Shown: in pieces, positions 8,304 through 17,496 of the stretch
How the letters are laid out: each line of letters starts with the position of its first letter
Numbering within the stretch: the stretch's first letter is position 1
From: Nigerium sp.
GTDB taxonomy: Bacteria > Actinomycetota > Actinomycetes > Propionibacteriales > Propionibacteriaceae
Assembly (NCBI GenBank): GCA_016711325.1
Contig: JADJTH010000005.1
Location: 7,524 to 71,523 of the forward strand
Length of the DNA: 64,000 nt
Direction of reading: 5' to 3'
The notes under the pieces: model-generated
Database searches by the model: none
Told to the model about the DNA's origin: nothing
What the model saw: only the letters and a program-made list of their open reading frames with translations
Program-made: the position numbers and the translations under genes

Positions 8304-9418
8304 CGGGCGGCGTCCGGGGCGTAGATGGCCACGGCGAGGGCGTCCAACACGTCGGCGGTCGCCGGGCCGAACGCGAGCACGTCGGAGTCGGCCATGTCGA
8401 CGATGCGCCGGTTCTGGCCGGCGGGCGTGGTGGCGAGCGCGGGGAAGCTGGTGAGCAGCCCGTCGACCCCGCCCACGGACTCGAGTCCGCCGGTCATCAT
8501 CAGCAGCAGGTCGGGGGCGGCCTTGATCACGCCCTCGTCGTTGAGCGGGCGCATGCCCTGCCAGTCGATCTCGGTGGCGACGTCGCGGGCGCCGAGGGCG
8601 GTGATGAGCGAGTCCGTCCCCGAGCCGGCGCCGAACATGTAGTAGACGCCCGCCTGTCCGCGCACGTACAGGAACACCGTGCGCAGCTTCCGGTCGTGCT
8701 CGGCGGGGGCGATGGCGGCGATCTCGGCGGTCTTCGCCTCGATGGCCGCGTTGGTGCGCTCGGCGAGCTGGGCCCCTTCGGCGTGGACGCCGAGGGCGTC
8801 CGCCACCTGCTGGATCAGGCTGCCGACGTTGTCGAGACTGCGGTGGGAGTCGACGATGACCACCGGGATGCCGCTCTCGCGCATCTGCAGCAGCACGTCC
8901 CAGGGCCCGAGGCTGGTGTCGGTGATGATGACGGACGGCTGCAGCGCGAGGATCGCCTCGGCGGACAGGTCATGGCCGACCGGGGTGACGAGTTGTTTGC
9001 CCTTGATCTCGGCGAATCCGCTGGACGTGTCGCGTCCGACGACCTGGTCGCCGAGGCCGAGCTCGTAGACGGTCCGCGAGAGGGTGCCGTAGATGTCGAG
9101 GGCGAGGATGCGGCTCGCGTCGGTGATCGTCACCTCGGTGCCCTGGACGTCCGTCACCGTGACCGGCAGGTGCTGGACGGGGTTCGTCGCGATCGGGTGC
9201 AGCGCCGCGTCGGCCATCACCGCCGTCGAGTGGCCTTGGTGCGTGAGGGGGTCGGGGATCGGTGTCACGTCGGCCAGACGTGGCCCGCCGGACGCCCCGA
9301 TCCCGCCCAGGCCGGGGATGCCGGCACACCCCGCGAGCGTGAGGGCGACAAGCACGGCGGTGGCGGCGATGAGACGGGTGGTGGGCGACGATCCGCGCGC
9401 GGGCCGGCGGTAGGACAC
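8300..9418 (-). CDS. hmuT: hemin ABC transporter substrate-binding lipoprotein
   Basis: 372 aa. Lipobox LTLAGCAG. Class III periplasmic-binding-protein pattern (ILALDIYGTLSRTVYELGLGDQVVGRD...LQPSVIITD...). Confidence 0.9.
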   Translation of the reverse strand: MSYRRPARGSSPTTRLIAATAVLVALTLAGCAGIPGLGGIGASGGPRLADVTPIPDPLTHQGHSTAVMADAALHPIATNPVQHLPVTVTDVQGTEVTITDASRILALDIYGTLSRTVYELGLGDQVVGRDTSSGFAEIKGKQLVTPVGHDLSAEAILALQPSVIITDTSLGPWDVLLQMRESGIPVVIVDSHRSLDNVGSLIQQVADALGVHAEGAQLAERTNAAIEAKTAEIAAIAPAEHDRKLRTVFLYVRGQAGVYYMFGAGSGTDSLITALGARDVATEIDWQGMRPLNDEGVIKAAPDLLLMMTGGLESVGGVDGLLTSFPALATTPAGQNRRIVDMADSDVLAFGPATADVLDALAVAIYAPDAAR

Positions 9419-9453
9419 GGATACTCCATCAGTCGGGGACCGGATTTAGATCA

Positions 9454-9469
9454 TTAGGTTGTTACCTAA
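9454..9469. promoter_or_regulatory. 16-bp palindrome TTAGGT-TGTT-ACCTAA in the hmuT/MFS divergent promoter region
   Basis: Read directly from the sequence. The arms match DtxR/IdeR half-site ends, but the spacing is 3 bp shorter than the 19-bp consensus. Confidence 0.4.
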
Positions 9470-9474
9470 TCAAC

Positions 9475-9493
9475 TAAGGCGAGGCTTACCTTA
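9475..9493. promoter_or_regulatory. IdeR/DtxR-type iron box
   Basis: TAAGGCGAGGCTTACCTTA matches the consensus TWAGGTWAGSCTWACCTWA at 17/19 positions. It lies ~60 bp upstream of the hmuT start. Confidence 0.6.
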
Positions 9494-9692
9494 GGGTATG
9501 GAGTGCGGGGTGTCCAACACGCGTTCACGTGGTGGTCCGGCCACCCACGGCGGGTCAGGAGCGAGGCGTCACCGGCGTCCGAGCGGAGGAAGGTGCGGCG
9601 GCGTCCTCGTCAACGGGCGTCGGGTGACGTATGCTGCACCGTCTGGTCGACGGCGACCTGCATCATCGAGTCGGCCTCCTGGAAGGACCCCT

Positions 9693-11162
9693 ATGTCCGC
9701 CACCACCGAACCCACCGTGTCTCCCGGGACCCCGGACGCCGCGGCGTCCGCCCTCGCCGAGAAGGCGTCGAACCCGCACCGCTCGATCATCGCGATCCTG
9801 CTCGTCGCGGCGTTCGTCGTCATCCTCAACGAGACGACCATGAACGTGGCGCTGTCGAGCATCATGGCCGACTTCCGCGTCACCGAACGACTCGCCCAGT
9901 GGCTCACCACCGGGTTCATGCTGACGATGGCCGTCGTGATCCCGGTCACGGGCTGGCTGCTCGACCGGCTCACCATCCGGCAGCTGTTCACCGCCGCGAT
10001 GACCCTGTTCAGCGTCGGCACCGCGCTGTGCGCCGTCGCACCCACCTTCGAGCTGCTGCTGGCCGGGCGCGTCGTGCAGGCGTCCGGCACCGCGATCATG
10101 ATGCCGCTGCTGATGACCACCATCATGCGACTCGTCGAACCCGCGCACCGCGGAGCCATCATGGGCACCATTTCCATGGTCATCTCGGTCGCGCCCGCGG
10201 TCGGCCCGACGCTGTCCGGCGTCCTGCTGCAGCTCGGCTCGTGGCGGCTGATCTTCGCGACCGTCCTGCCGATCGCGCTGTCCATGCTGGCGCTCGGCCT
10301 GGTGAAGCTGCGTAACGCGGGCGAGACCAAGCACACCCCACTGGACCCGTGGTCGGTGCTGCTGACCGTGGTCGGCTTCGGCCCGCTCATCTACGGTTTG
10401 AGCATGTTCGGCGACGCCGCCGCGCCGTTCTGGGAGGCGCCGCTGGCCGTCGGCATCGGGCTGGGCGGTCTGGTCGCCTTCGTCTCGCGCCAGTTGGTGT
10501 TGCAGAAGTCGGACGCCGCCCTGCTCGACCTGCGCACCTTCACGTACCCGACCTTCACGGTGGCGCTGCTGATGATGGCCCTGTCGATGATGGCGTTGTT
10601 CGGTTCGATCATCATGCTGCCGCTGCTGCTGCAGCGCTCCTTCGGGCTCGAGCCGCTGCAGGTGGGTCTGATGCTGCTGCCCGGCGGCCTGGCGATGGGC
10701 GTCCTCGGGCCGATCGTGGGCCGGCTGTTCGACCGGATCGGGCCGCGCCCGCTGGTGATCCCGGCCAGCTTCGTCGTGCTCGCGGTGTTCTGGTTCTTCT
10801 CGGCGATGACCCCGCAGACCCCCTGGTGGGCGGTCATGGCCGGGCACGTGGCGATGAGCGTGTCGTTCTCGTTCATCTTCACTCCGCTGTTCACCGTCGC
10901 CCTCGGCTCGCTGCCCACGCGCTTCTATTCGCACGGTTCGGCGACGATCGGCACGATCCAACAGGTGGCCGGTGCCGCGGGGACCGCCCTGTTCGTCACC
11001 GTCTTCGCCATGCAGGCCGAGGTCGCCCGCGACGCGGGCGCCGGCGAGGCGGCGGCCCTGCTCGCCGGATCGCACTGGGCCTTCCTGGGTGCCGGTGCGG
11101 TCTGGACGGCCGCGGTGGCGGCGTCCTTCTTCCTGCGCAAGCCGGCCGACCCGGACGCCTGA
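9693..11162 (+). CDS. MFS transporter, DHA2 (EmrB/QacA, 14-TMS) family
   Basis: 489 aa from ATG 9693 (RBS GGAAGGA). Contains ILLVAAFVVILNETTMNVALSSIMADF and many TM segments. Confidence 0.85.
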   Translation: MSATTEPTVSPGTPDAAASALAEKASNPHRSIIAILLVAAFVVILNETTMNVALSSIMADFRVTERLAQWLTTGFMLTMAVVIPVTGWLLDRLTIRQLFTAAMTLFSVGTALCAVAPTFELLLAGRVVQASGTAIMMPLLMTTIMRLVEPAHRGAIMGTISMVISVAPAVGPTLSGVLLQLGSWRLIFATVLPIALSMLALGLVKLRNAGETKHTPLDPWSVLLTVVGFGPLIYGLSMFGDAAAPFWEAPLAVGIGLGGLVAFVSRQLVLQKSDAALLDLRTFTYPTFTVALLMMALSMMALFGSIIMLPLLLQRSFGLEPLQVGLMLLPGGLAMGVLGPIVGRLFDRIGPRPLVIPASFVVLAVFWFFSAMTPQTPWWAVMAGHVAMSVSFSFIFTPLFTVALGSLPTRFYSHGSATIGTIQQVAGAAGTALFVTVFAMQAEVARDAGAGEAAALLAGSHWAFLGAGAVWTAAVAASFFLRKPADPDA

Positions 11163-11420
11163 GCGCCGGGTCAGTCGGCCAGGCCGCTCTGATGCCGTCG
11201 AAGCGGAAGACGAACTCAGGGGTCGTGGTGGAGAGGGTCCCCGTGAGGTTGGATGGCTCGAAGTCGCGCAAGAACGTCCCGCTGAAGACGACCTCGTCGC
11301 CAGGCTGCATGTCGAGCGGCGTGGTTCCGGCGGTCCTTCCCGACGACGTGCGTTCTGCTGACGTGGCGTAGCGCGACTCAGGTCTCGAGGCCGGGGTGCT
11401 CACCCCCAGCCCGGCGAGGG

Positions 11421-11726
11421 TCAGCGGCGCGCGAGGGACCGCGCGACGGCGAGGAAGGCGATGGTCCCCACGACGGCGACGGCCAGCGCGATGAGGGCCG
11501 TCGGACGCGGGCTGCCGTCCGGCTCGACGAACTGAGCCTTGGCTGCGCCGATCTCGCCCGCGACGAAGGTCTTGGCGTCCCGGACGCTGCGGGCCGCGAT
11601 CGCCTTGGGATGGACCTGCAGGATCAGCCCCTCCACGTTGCTGGTCAGGCGCGCCCGCGCTGCGGCGATCTCGGCCTGGATCTGTTCCTTGGAACGGGTT
11701 CCGTCTGCCACGATCGGTCCTCTCAC
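11421..11726 (-). CDS. DUF3618 domain membrane protein
   Basis: 101 aa with GTG start. EQIQAEIAAARARLTSNVEGL... followed by a C-terminal TM helix. Divergent to bcp, as is commonly seen. Confidence 0.8.
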   Translation of the reverse strand: MRGPIVADGTRSKEQIQAEIAAARARLTSNVEGLILQVHPKAIAARSVRDAKTFVAGEIGAAKAQFVEPDGSPRPTALIALAVAVVGTIAFLAVARSLARR

Positions 11727-11781
11727 ACATCGCCTGCTGAAGTCTCAGCCACACCCTATGCCATTGGCTAGGCTGGCGGGC

Positions 11782-12258
11782 ATGGCCAGACTGACGGCAG
11801 GCGATTCCGCCCCGAGCTTCTCCCTTCTCGACGCCGACGGCGCGACGGTGTCGTTGCCCGACTTCGCCGGCCGGCGGGTGATCGTCTATTTCTACCCGGC
11901 GGCGATGACCCCCGGCTGCACGACGCAGGCGGTCGACTTCACCGCCAGCGCGGACGCCATCGGCGACGCCGGCTACGAGGTGATCGGCATCTCGCCCGAC
12001 ACCCCGGCCAAGCTGGCCGCCTTCCGCGCCCAGGAGTCACTGACGCCGACGCTGCTGTCCGATCCCGACCATTCGGTCATGCAGGCGTACGCCGCCTACG
12101 GCACCAAGATGCTGTACGGCAAGCCGATCGAGGGTGTGATCCGCTCCACCTTCGTGATCGATGTGGACGCCGGCGGCCACGGCACGATCGACGTCGCGCA
12201 GTACAACGTCAAGGCCACCGGACACGTCAGGAAGCTGCGCCGCGACCTGGGCATCTGA
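11782..12258 (+). CDS. bcp: thioredoxin-dependent peroxiredoxin Bcp
   Basis: 158 aa. GDSAPSFSLLDADGATVSLPDFAGRRVIVYFYPAAMTPGCTTQA (peroxidatic Cys motif). Confidence 0.92.
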   Translation: MARLTAGDSAPSFSLLDADGATVSLPDFAGRRVIVYFYPAAMTPGCTTQAVDFTASADAIGDAGYEVIGISPDTPAKLAAFRAQESLTPTLLSDPDHSVMQAYAAYGTKMLYGKPIEGVIRSTFVIDVDAGGHGTIDVAQYNVKATGHVRKLRRDLGI

Positions 12259-12361
12259 CCCCGCCGCTCCTCGCCTACGAAGAGAACTCTTGCGCACGGA
12301 ATTCCGTAGGCAAGCGTTCCTTTCGTAGGCAGGAACACAGCCGGGTTCTACGCTGACGGCC

Positions 12362-13504
12362 ATGACGACGATCGGCGCCAACGACCTGCTCCGGGTGCGC
12401 GTGCTCGCGCAGAGGCTCGGGACACAGCATCCCGCCGACCAGGCCGCTCCCGGCGCCGCGAGCGTCGCGGCGTCCGCACGGCACATGCTCGCCCTCCAAG
12501 GCCAGGACTGGCGCGCGTCGCGCTGGGCGCTGGGCGTCCGGACGCCGGGCAGCACGGTCGCCGACGTGCACGCGGCGTTCGATCAGGGGCTGGTCGTGCG
12601 GTCGTGGCCGATGCGCGGCACGGTCCACGTGGTGGCCGCCGAGGACATCGGCTGGATGCAGTCGGTCACGCACGCCGGACCGCTCCTGGGTGCGCCGAAG
12701 CGGCGCGCGCACCTCGGCATCACGGACGCCGCCCTCGACCGCCTGGTCGAGACCTCGGTCGAGGCGCTGGCCGCCCACGACAGCCTCGATCGCGACGAGC
12801 TCTCCACGTTCTGGGACGCCGCGGGGCTGGAGTGGAAGCCGAACTGGCGCTACCACCTGGTCTGGTGGTTGTGCCAGAACGGCCACGCGACGTTCGGGCC
12901 GATCGGCGACGGTGGCGAGCCGCGACTCGTCCTCGCGTCGCGCTGGATCCGCTCCCCTCGCCTGATCTCCGGCGACGAGGCGCTGGCCGAACTGGCGTCC
13001 CGGTACGCCGCCCCGCGCGGCGCGGTCCGCGCGACGGACCTCGCCTGGTGGGCCGGTATCGCCACAGCGGACGCCCGTCGCGGGCTGAGTGCCGCGGTCG
13101 AGGGCGGAAGCCTGGTCCGGCTCACCCTGGAGGGTGCCCGCGGTGCGGCGTCCCAGTTGTGGGCCGGCCCCGAGGCGCTGGACGCCGCCGGCGACATTCC
13201 CGACTGGCTGGCGCTGCCCGCCTTCGACGAGCACCTGCTCGGCTACAAGGACCGCGACCCGCAATTCGACGCGGCGCACCTCGGCCGGGTCGTCCCCGGA
13301 CGCAACGGCGTCTTCCGGGCGACGCTCGCCGAGCATGGCCGCACGGTCGGCACCTGGCAGCGCGGCACCCGCACGAAGGACGGCGTCGTGGTCACCCCGT
13401 TCCCCGGTGCACGCGTGGACGCCGCCGCGCTCCGCCCCCACGTCGACCGCTGGACCATCTTCCACGGCGAGGCGCCCGTCCCGATCACGCTGCAGGACGC
13501 CTGA
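12362..13504 (+). CDS. winged-helix DNA-binding protein, YcaQ/AlkZ-like (DUF1006)
   Basis: 380 aa. Contains LALQGQDWRASRWALGVR, VRSWPMRGTVHVV and the C-terminal pattern AFDEHLLGYKDR. Confidence 0.85.
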   Translation: MTTIGANDLLRVRVLAQRLGTQHPADQAAPGAASVAASARHMLALQGQDWRASRWALGVRTPGSTVADVHAAFDQGLVVRSWPMRGTVHVVAAEDIGWMQSVTHAGPLLGAPKRRAHLGITDAALDRLVETSVEALAAHDSLDRDELSTFWDAAGLEWKPNWRYHLVWWLCQNGHATFGPIGDGGEPRLVLASRWIRSPRLISGDEALAELASRYAAPRGAVRATDLAWWAGIATADARRGLSAAVEGGSLVRLTLEGARGAASQLWAGPEALDAAGDIPDWLALPAFDEHLLGYKDRDPQFDAAHLGRVVPGRNGVFRATLAEHGRTVGTWQRGTRTKDGVVVTPFPGARVDAAALRPHVDRWTIFHGEAPVPITLQDA

Positions 13505-13522
13505 CCACCCTGCGCCGGCGTC

Positions 13523-15253
13523 CTACGACGACCCGTCCTGGACGGCCTTCGGCTCGGGATGGGTGTCGCGCCAGCGTTCGTAGGCGTCGACGGCGGTGGG
13601 AAGGGTCGCGTAGAGGCAGTCGTCGCCGAGGCGGTCGAGGAAGCCCGCGGCGCCAAGCTGGTCGCGGAGGTCCTGTTTGACGCGGGCGAGGGCGAAGCGG
13701 ATGCCGCGGTCGTGGAGCCAAAGGCGCAGTTGGTCGAGCATGTCGACGGCCGTCAGGTCGATCTCGACGTTCGCCTCGGCGTTGAGGAGGAACCAGCGGA
13801 CGGGTCGTTCGGCGTCGGTGACTGCCTTCTTCGCTCGGACGAGGAAGTCGTCGGCGTTCGCGAAGAACAGTGGGGAGTCGTAGCGGTAGACGACGAGACC
13901 GGGCACCTGGGTGGCGGTGGGGTAGTCGTCGATGTCATGCATCCCCGGCACGCCGGGGACGTGCCCGAGCACGCCGTCGTGGGGGTGCGAGATGCGGCGG
14001 ATGAGGTCGAGCAGAGACAACGCGATGGCGATCCCGACGCCGATCAGCACGTCGAAGAAGAGGACGGCCGCGGCCGTGGACAGGGCCAGCACGAGTTCGC
14101 TGTGCCGGAAGCGGGCGACTCGCCTCAGTTCCGCGACGTCGATCAGCCTTGTGGCCGCGTAGATGACGAGCGCGCCCAAGGCGGCCGTCGGGAACGACTG
14201 CAGCACCGGGCCGGCGAACAGCAAGGTGGCGACGACGCACGCTACCGCGACGAGAGAGTGCAACTGCGTCCGCGAGCCGACGGCGTCGCCGATCACGGTG
14301 CGTGAGCCGCTCGACGACACGGGGAAGCCCTGGAAGAGGCCGGTCGCGACGTTGGCGACGCCCAGCGCGAGGAGTTCCTGGCCGGCGTCGATCTCCTGCT
14401 CGCGGTGCGCGGCGAACACCCGGCCGGTCAGCACGTTGTCGGAGTAGCCGACGACCGCGATGCCGGCCGCGAACGGGAGAAGCGCCCAGAGCGAGACGTC
14501 CCCGAGTGCGGGCAGGCGGAAGGCGGGCAGGCCGAGCGGGACATGGCCGATGACCTCGATCCCGTGACGTTCGAGGCCGAGCCAGCCGACCGCGGCGGCG
14601 GCGCCCAGCAGCACGATCAGCGGTCCGGGCGCGCGGGGGGCGAGGCGTCGACCGGCCAACAGCAGGACCAGGGTCACCGCCGACAACACGACGGTCGGGA
14701 CGTGCGCCTGCGGGAGCTGAACCAGCGCGGACCAGACTTTCCGGGGCGAGCTTCCTCCCTCGAGGGTGAGCTTCGTCACGGTCCCCAGCTGACTGACGAT
14801 CATCAGTACCGCGACGCCGATCATGTATCCCACGAGCACCGGCCGGGACAGCAGTCGGGACAGGAAGCCGAGCCGGCCGAGCCAGGCCGCCAGCGACACG
14901 ATGCCGACGGCGATCGCCAGCAGAGCCGCGACCTCCGCATGGCGCACGGTTCCGCCCCCGGCCGCCATGAGCGCGCCGACACCGGCGGCGGTCATCAGCG
15001 CCGTCGTCGACTCCGGCCCGACGGACAACTGCCGCGACGAGCCGAATATCACGTAGACGAGCAGCGCGGGCAGGGTCGCCCACAGCCCGACCACGGGGGC
15101 AAGGCCCGCGATGGCCGCGTAGGCCATCACTTGCGGAACAAGGTAGGCGGCGACCGTCACGCCGGCGACGGCGTCGCCCGGCAGCCAGGCGCGGTCGTAC
15201 GACCGGAGTGCGGCCACTCCGGGAAGGAGGCGCTCCCATCCGGGTCTGCCCAT
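13523..15253 (-). CDS. SulP family anion (sulfate) permease with C-terminal STAS domain
   Basis: 576 aa. LPGDAVAGVTVAAYLVPQVMAYAAIAGL... The STAS-like tail includes VVYRYDSPLFFANADDF. Confidence 0.92.
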   Translation of the reverse strand: MGRPGWERLLPGVAALRSYDRAWLPGDAVAGVTVAAYLVPQVMAYAAIAGLAPVVGLWATLPALLVYVIFGSSRQLSVGPESTTALMTAAGVGALMAAGGGTVRHAEVAALLAIAVGIVSLAAWLGRLGFLSRLLSRPVLVGYMIGVAVLMIVSQLGTVTKLTLEGGSSPRKVWSALVQLPQAHVPTVVLSAVTLVLLLAGRRLAPRAPGPLIVLLGAAAAVGWLGLERHGIEVIGHVPLGLPAFRLPALGDVSLWALLPFAAGIAVVGYSDNVLTGRVFAAHREQEIDAGQELLALGVANVATGLFQGFPVSSSGSRTVIGDAVGSRTQLHSLVAVACVVATLLFAGPVLQSFPTAALGALVIYAATRLIDVAELRRVARFRHSELVLALSTAAAVLFFDVLIGVGIAIALSLLDLIRRISHPHDGVLGHVPGVPGMHDIDDYPTATQVPGLVVYRYDSPLFFANADDFLVRAKKAVTDAERPVRWFLLNAEANVEIDLTAVDMLDQLRLWLHDRGIRFALARVKQDLRDQLGAAGFLDRLGDDCLYATLPTAVDAYERWRDTHPEPKAVQDGSS

Positions 15254-15310
15254 GTCGACCCTTCCTCTGGGGCGTTCGTGGCGAGGACGTGCCGCCTCCG
15301 GACGCGGCGA

Positions 15311-15338
15311 AGGCTCTCAACGTGTCGGTTGAGAGCCT
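15311..15338 (-). terminator. stem-loop downstream of tRNA-Lys
   Basis: Perfect 11-bp inverted repeat AGGCTCTCAAC / GTTGAGAGCCT with a 6-nt loop. No clear U-tract follows. Confidence 0.5.
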
Positions 15339-15349
15339 CGTCCGGAAAG

Positions 15350-15422
<73 letters not shown>

Positions 15423-15469
15423 GCGGGAATAAACTTTAGACCATCGACCGCCTAACGCGAAATCGCGCC

Positions 15470-16186
15470 TCAGCGGCGGACGAGGGCGATGCGCTCCCGG
15501 CGCAGGCCGGCGTGCTGCTCGGCGGCCCGGTCGAGCGGGTCGAGGCGGCGTCCGAGCGCCAATGCGAGCAGGTAGTCGGCCAGTTCGGGGTTGCGGGCCA
15601 GCACAGGGCCGTGCGGGTAGGTGCCGATCACGTGGCCTTGGACGGCCCCCTCGGTGCCGTGCCCGTCGTTGCCGATGCCGACCTCGACCTGGGCGAGCGG
15701 TGCGGCGTCCGGGCCGAGCGTCGTGTAGCCGCCGTGGTTCTCGAAACCCGTGATCAGCGACGTCGTGCCGTCGGGCTTCGTCCAGCGGGTGAGGATCTCG
15801 CCGACCGCGCGCTTCGCGCCGCGGCGGGTTTCGACGTCGAGCAGCCCGAGCCCTTCGCGCACCTCGTCGTTCTCGCCGATCGTGAACGTGTGCCCGCAGA
15901 TCTGGTAGCCGGCGCACACCGCGAACAGCACGGCGCCTGCGTCCAGCGCCGAGAACAGGGCGCCGTCGGAGCGCAGTTCGCGGACGGCGGTGGTCTGCGC
16001 GTTGTCCTCGCCGCCGCCCAGCAGATAGATCGCGCCGTCGGCGGGCAGCGGTGCGCCCGGCTCGACGGCGATGACCTCGGCGTCCACACCGCGCCACTCC
16101 AGGCGCTTGGCGAGCACCTGTGAGTTGCCCCGGTCGCCGTAGATGCCGAGCAGCGACTGGTACACCAGCACGATCTTGACGCTCAT
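15470..16186 (-). CDS. gatD: lipid II isoglutaminyl synthase, glutaminase subunit (CobQ/GatD-type amidotransferase)
   Basis: 238 aa. LLGIYGDRGN...AVCAGYQICG (catalytic Cys)...GFENHGG. ATGA overlap with murT. Confidence 0.9.
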   Translation of the reverse strand: MSVKIVLVYQSLLGIYGDRGNSQVLAKRLEWRGVDAEVIAVEPGAPLPADGAIYLLGGGEDNAQTTAVRELRSDGALFSALDAGAVLFAVCAGYQICGHTFTIGENDEVREGLGLLDVETRRGAKRAVGEILTRWTKPDGTTSLITGFENHGGYTTLGPDAAPLAQVEVGIGNDGHGTEGAVQGHVIGTYPHGPVLARNPELADYLLALALGRRLDPLDRAAEQHAGLRRERIALVRR

Positions 16187-17496
16187 CGCAGCCCCGCCTT
16201 CTTCAACAGCTTCTGGAACGGTGTGTAGGTGGCGATCAGGTCGACCGGCTGGGGGGCGTCCTTGACGGCGCGCAGGGCGTCGTCGAGGTCGTAGACGACC
16301 TCATGGCCGACCTCGGCGTACTCGAGCCGGACGGCCAGGTCGTAGGCGCGCGGACCCGTGCAGACGACGTGCTTGCCGCGCAGTTGTTCGAAGTCGACGT
16401 CCCACAGCCAGGAGACGTCCTTGCCGTCGGCCGCCACGGAGTCGATGGCCAGCACGACGGTCGGCGTGGTCAGCAGCGGCAGCGACTCCGCCCAGCCCGC
16501 CGGGTTCTTGCTCAGCACGAGCCGCGCCGACGTGGCGCCGAAGCCGGCCACCGAGAACCGGCCCGCGGGCGAGCGCACGGTGGAGAACCCGCGTAGCGCG
16601 TCCTCGATCCCGACGCCCAGCTCGACCGCGGCGGCCAGGGCCATCGCCGCGTTCGCGACGTTGAAGGCACCCGGGACGTTGAGCTCCAGCGGCACGATCC
16701 GTCCGTCCGGGAGTCGGACTCCGCGGGGCTGAACCACGTAGTCGGGAGTGGGTTCGGTGAGGTCGCACCCGGGGCAGTCCCAGCAGCCGGTCGCGCTCTC
16801 GCCGGGGTCGACCCGCCGCAGCACGTCGCCGCAGGCCGGGCACAAGGTGGCGTCGGCCGTCCAGGTGGTGGCCGTATCGACCCAGATCACCTCGCGGGCC
16901 GTCTGGGTTGCCCAGGTGATCAGCGGATCGTCGGAATTGGCGATCACGACCGGTCCGTCCGCGCCGGCCCGCTCGAGCGCCTGGCGCCACGCGCGGCCCA
17001 GGAACTTGATCTCGTGGTTGCGGTCGAGCTGGTCGCGACTGAAGTTGAGCATGACCAGAACCTCGGGGCGTCCGTGCTCGAGCATGGACGCCACCACGCG
17101 CTCGTCGGTCTCCAGCACGGCGATGTCGGCCTTCGGCGCCTTCGCCAGGGCCGACGCGATGCCGTAGTGCAGGTTCGCCCCGTCTGCGTTGGTGACCAGG
17201 CGTGCGGCGTCCGGCCCCAGGCCCTCGCGCACGGCCGCCGCCAGCAGGTGCGTGGTCGTCGTCTTCCCGTTCGTGCCGGTCACGGACGCGATGCGGCGTC
17301 CGTGGACGAGCGCGGCGAACGCGCCGGGGCAGACGCGGGTGAGCAGTTGGCCGCGGATCGATGCGCCCGAACCCCGGCCCGCGATCCGCGAGGCCAGCGC
17401 GGCGGCGTCCCCGACGAGCGTGCCCGCGCGCAGGCGCAGGCGGGTGGCGAGGGGCAGGGGCGCCGCGGTGGCGCGCGTCCTCAGATCGTTCGGCAC
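16183..17496 (-). CDS. murT: lipid II isoglutaminyl synthase, Mur-ligase-like subunit MurT
   Basis: 437 aa with GTG start. VTGTNGKTTT P-loop, Cys4 ribbon CPACGD...CWDCPGC and a DUF1727-like C-terminus. Confidence 0.9.
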   Translation of the reverse strand: MPNDLRTRATAAPLPLATRLRLRAGTLVGDAAALASRIAGRGSGASIRGQLLTRVCPGAFAALVHGRRIASVTGTNGKTTTTHLLAAAVREGLGPDAARLVTNADGANLHYGIASALAKAPKADIAVLETDERVVASMLEHGRPEVLVMLNFSRDQLDRNHEIKFLGRAWRQALERAGADGPVVIANSDDPLITWATQTAREVIWVDTATTWTADATLCPACGDVLRRVDPGESATGCWDCPGCDLTEPTPDYVVQPRGVRLPDGRIVPLELNVPGAFNVANAAMALAAAVELGVGIEDALRGFSTVRSPAGRFSVAGFGATSARLVLSKNPAGWAESLPLLTTPTVVLAIDSVAADGKDVSWLWDVDFEQLRGKHVVCTGPRAYDLAVRLEYAEVGHEVVYDLDDALRAVKDAPQPVDLIATYTPFQKLLKKAGLR

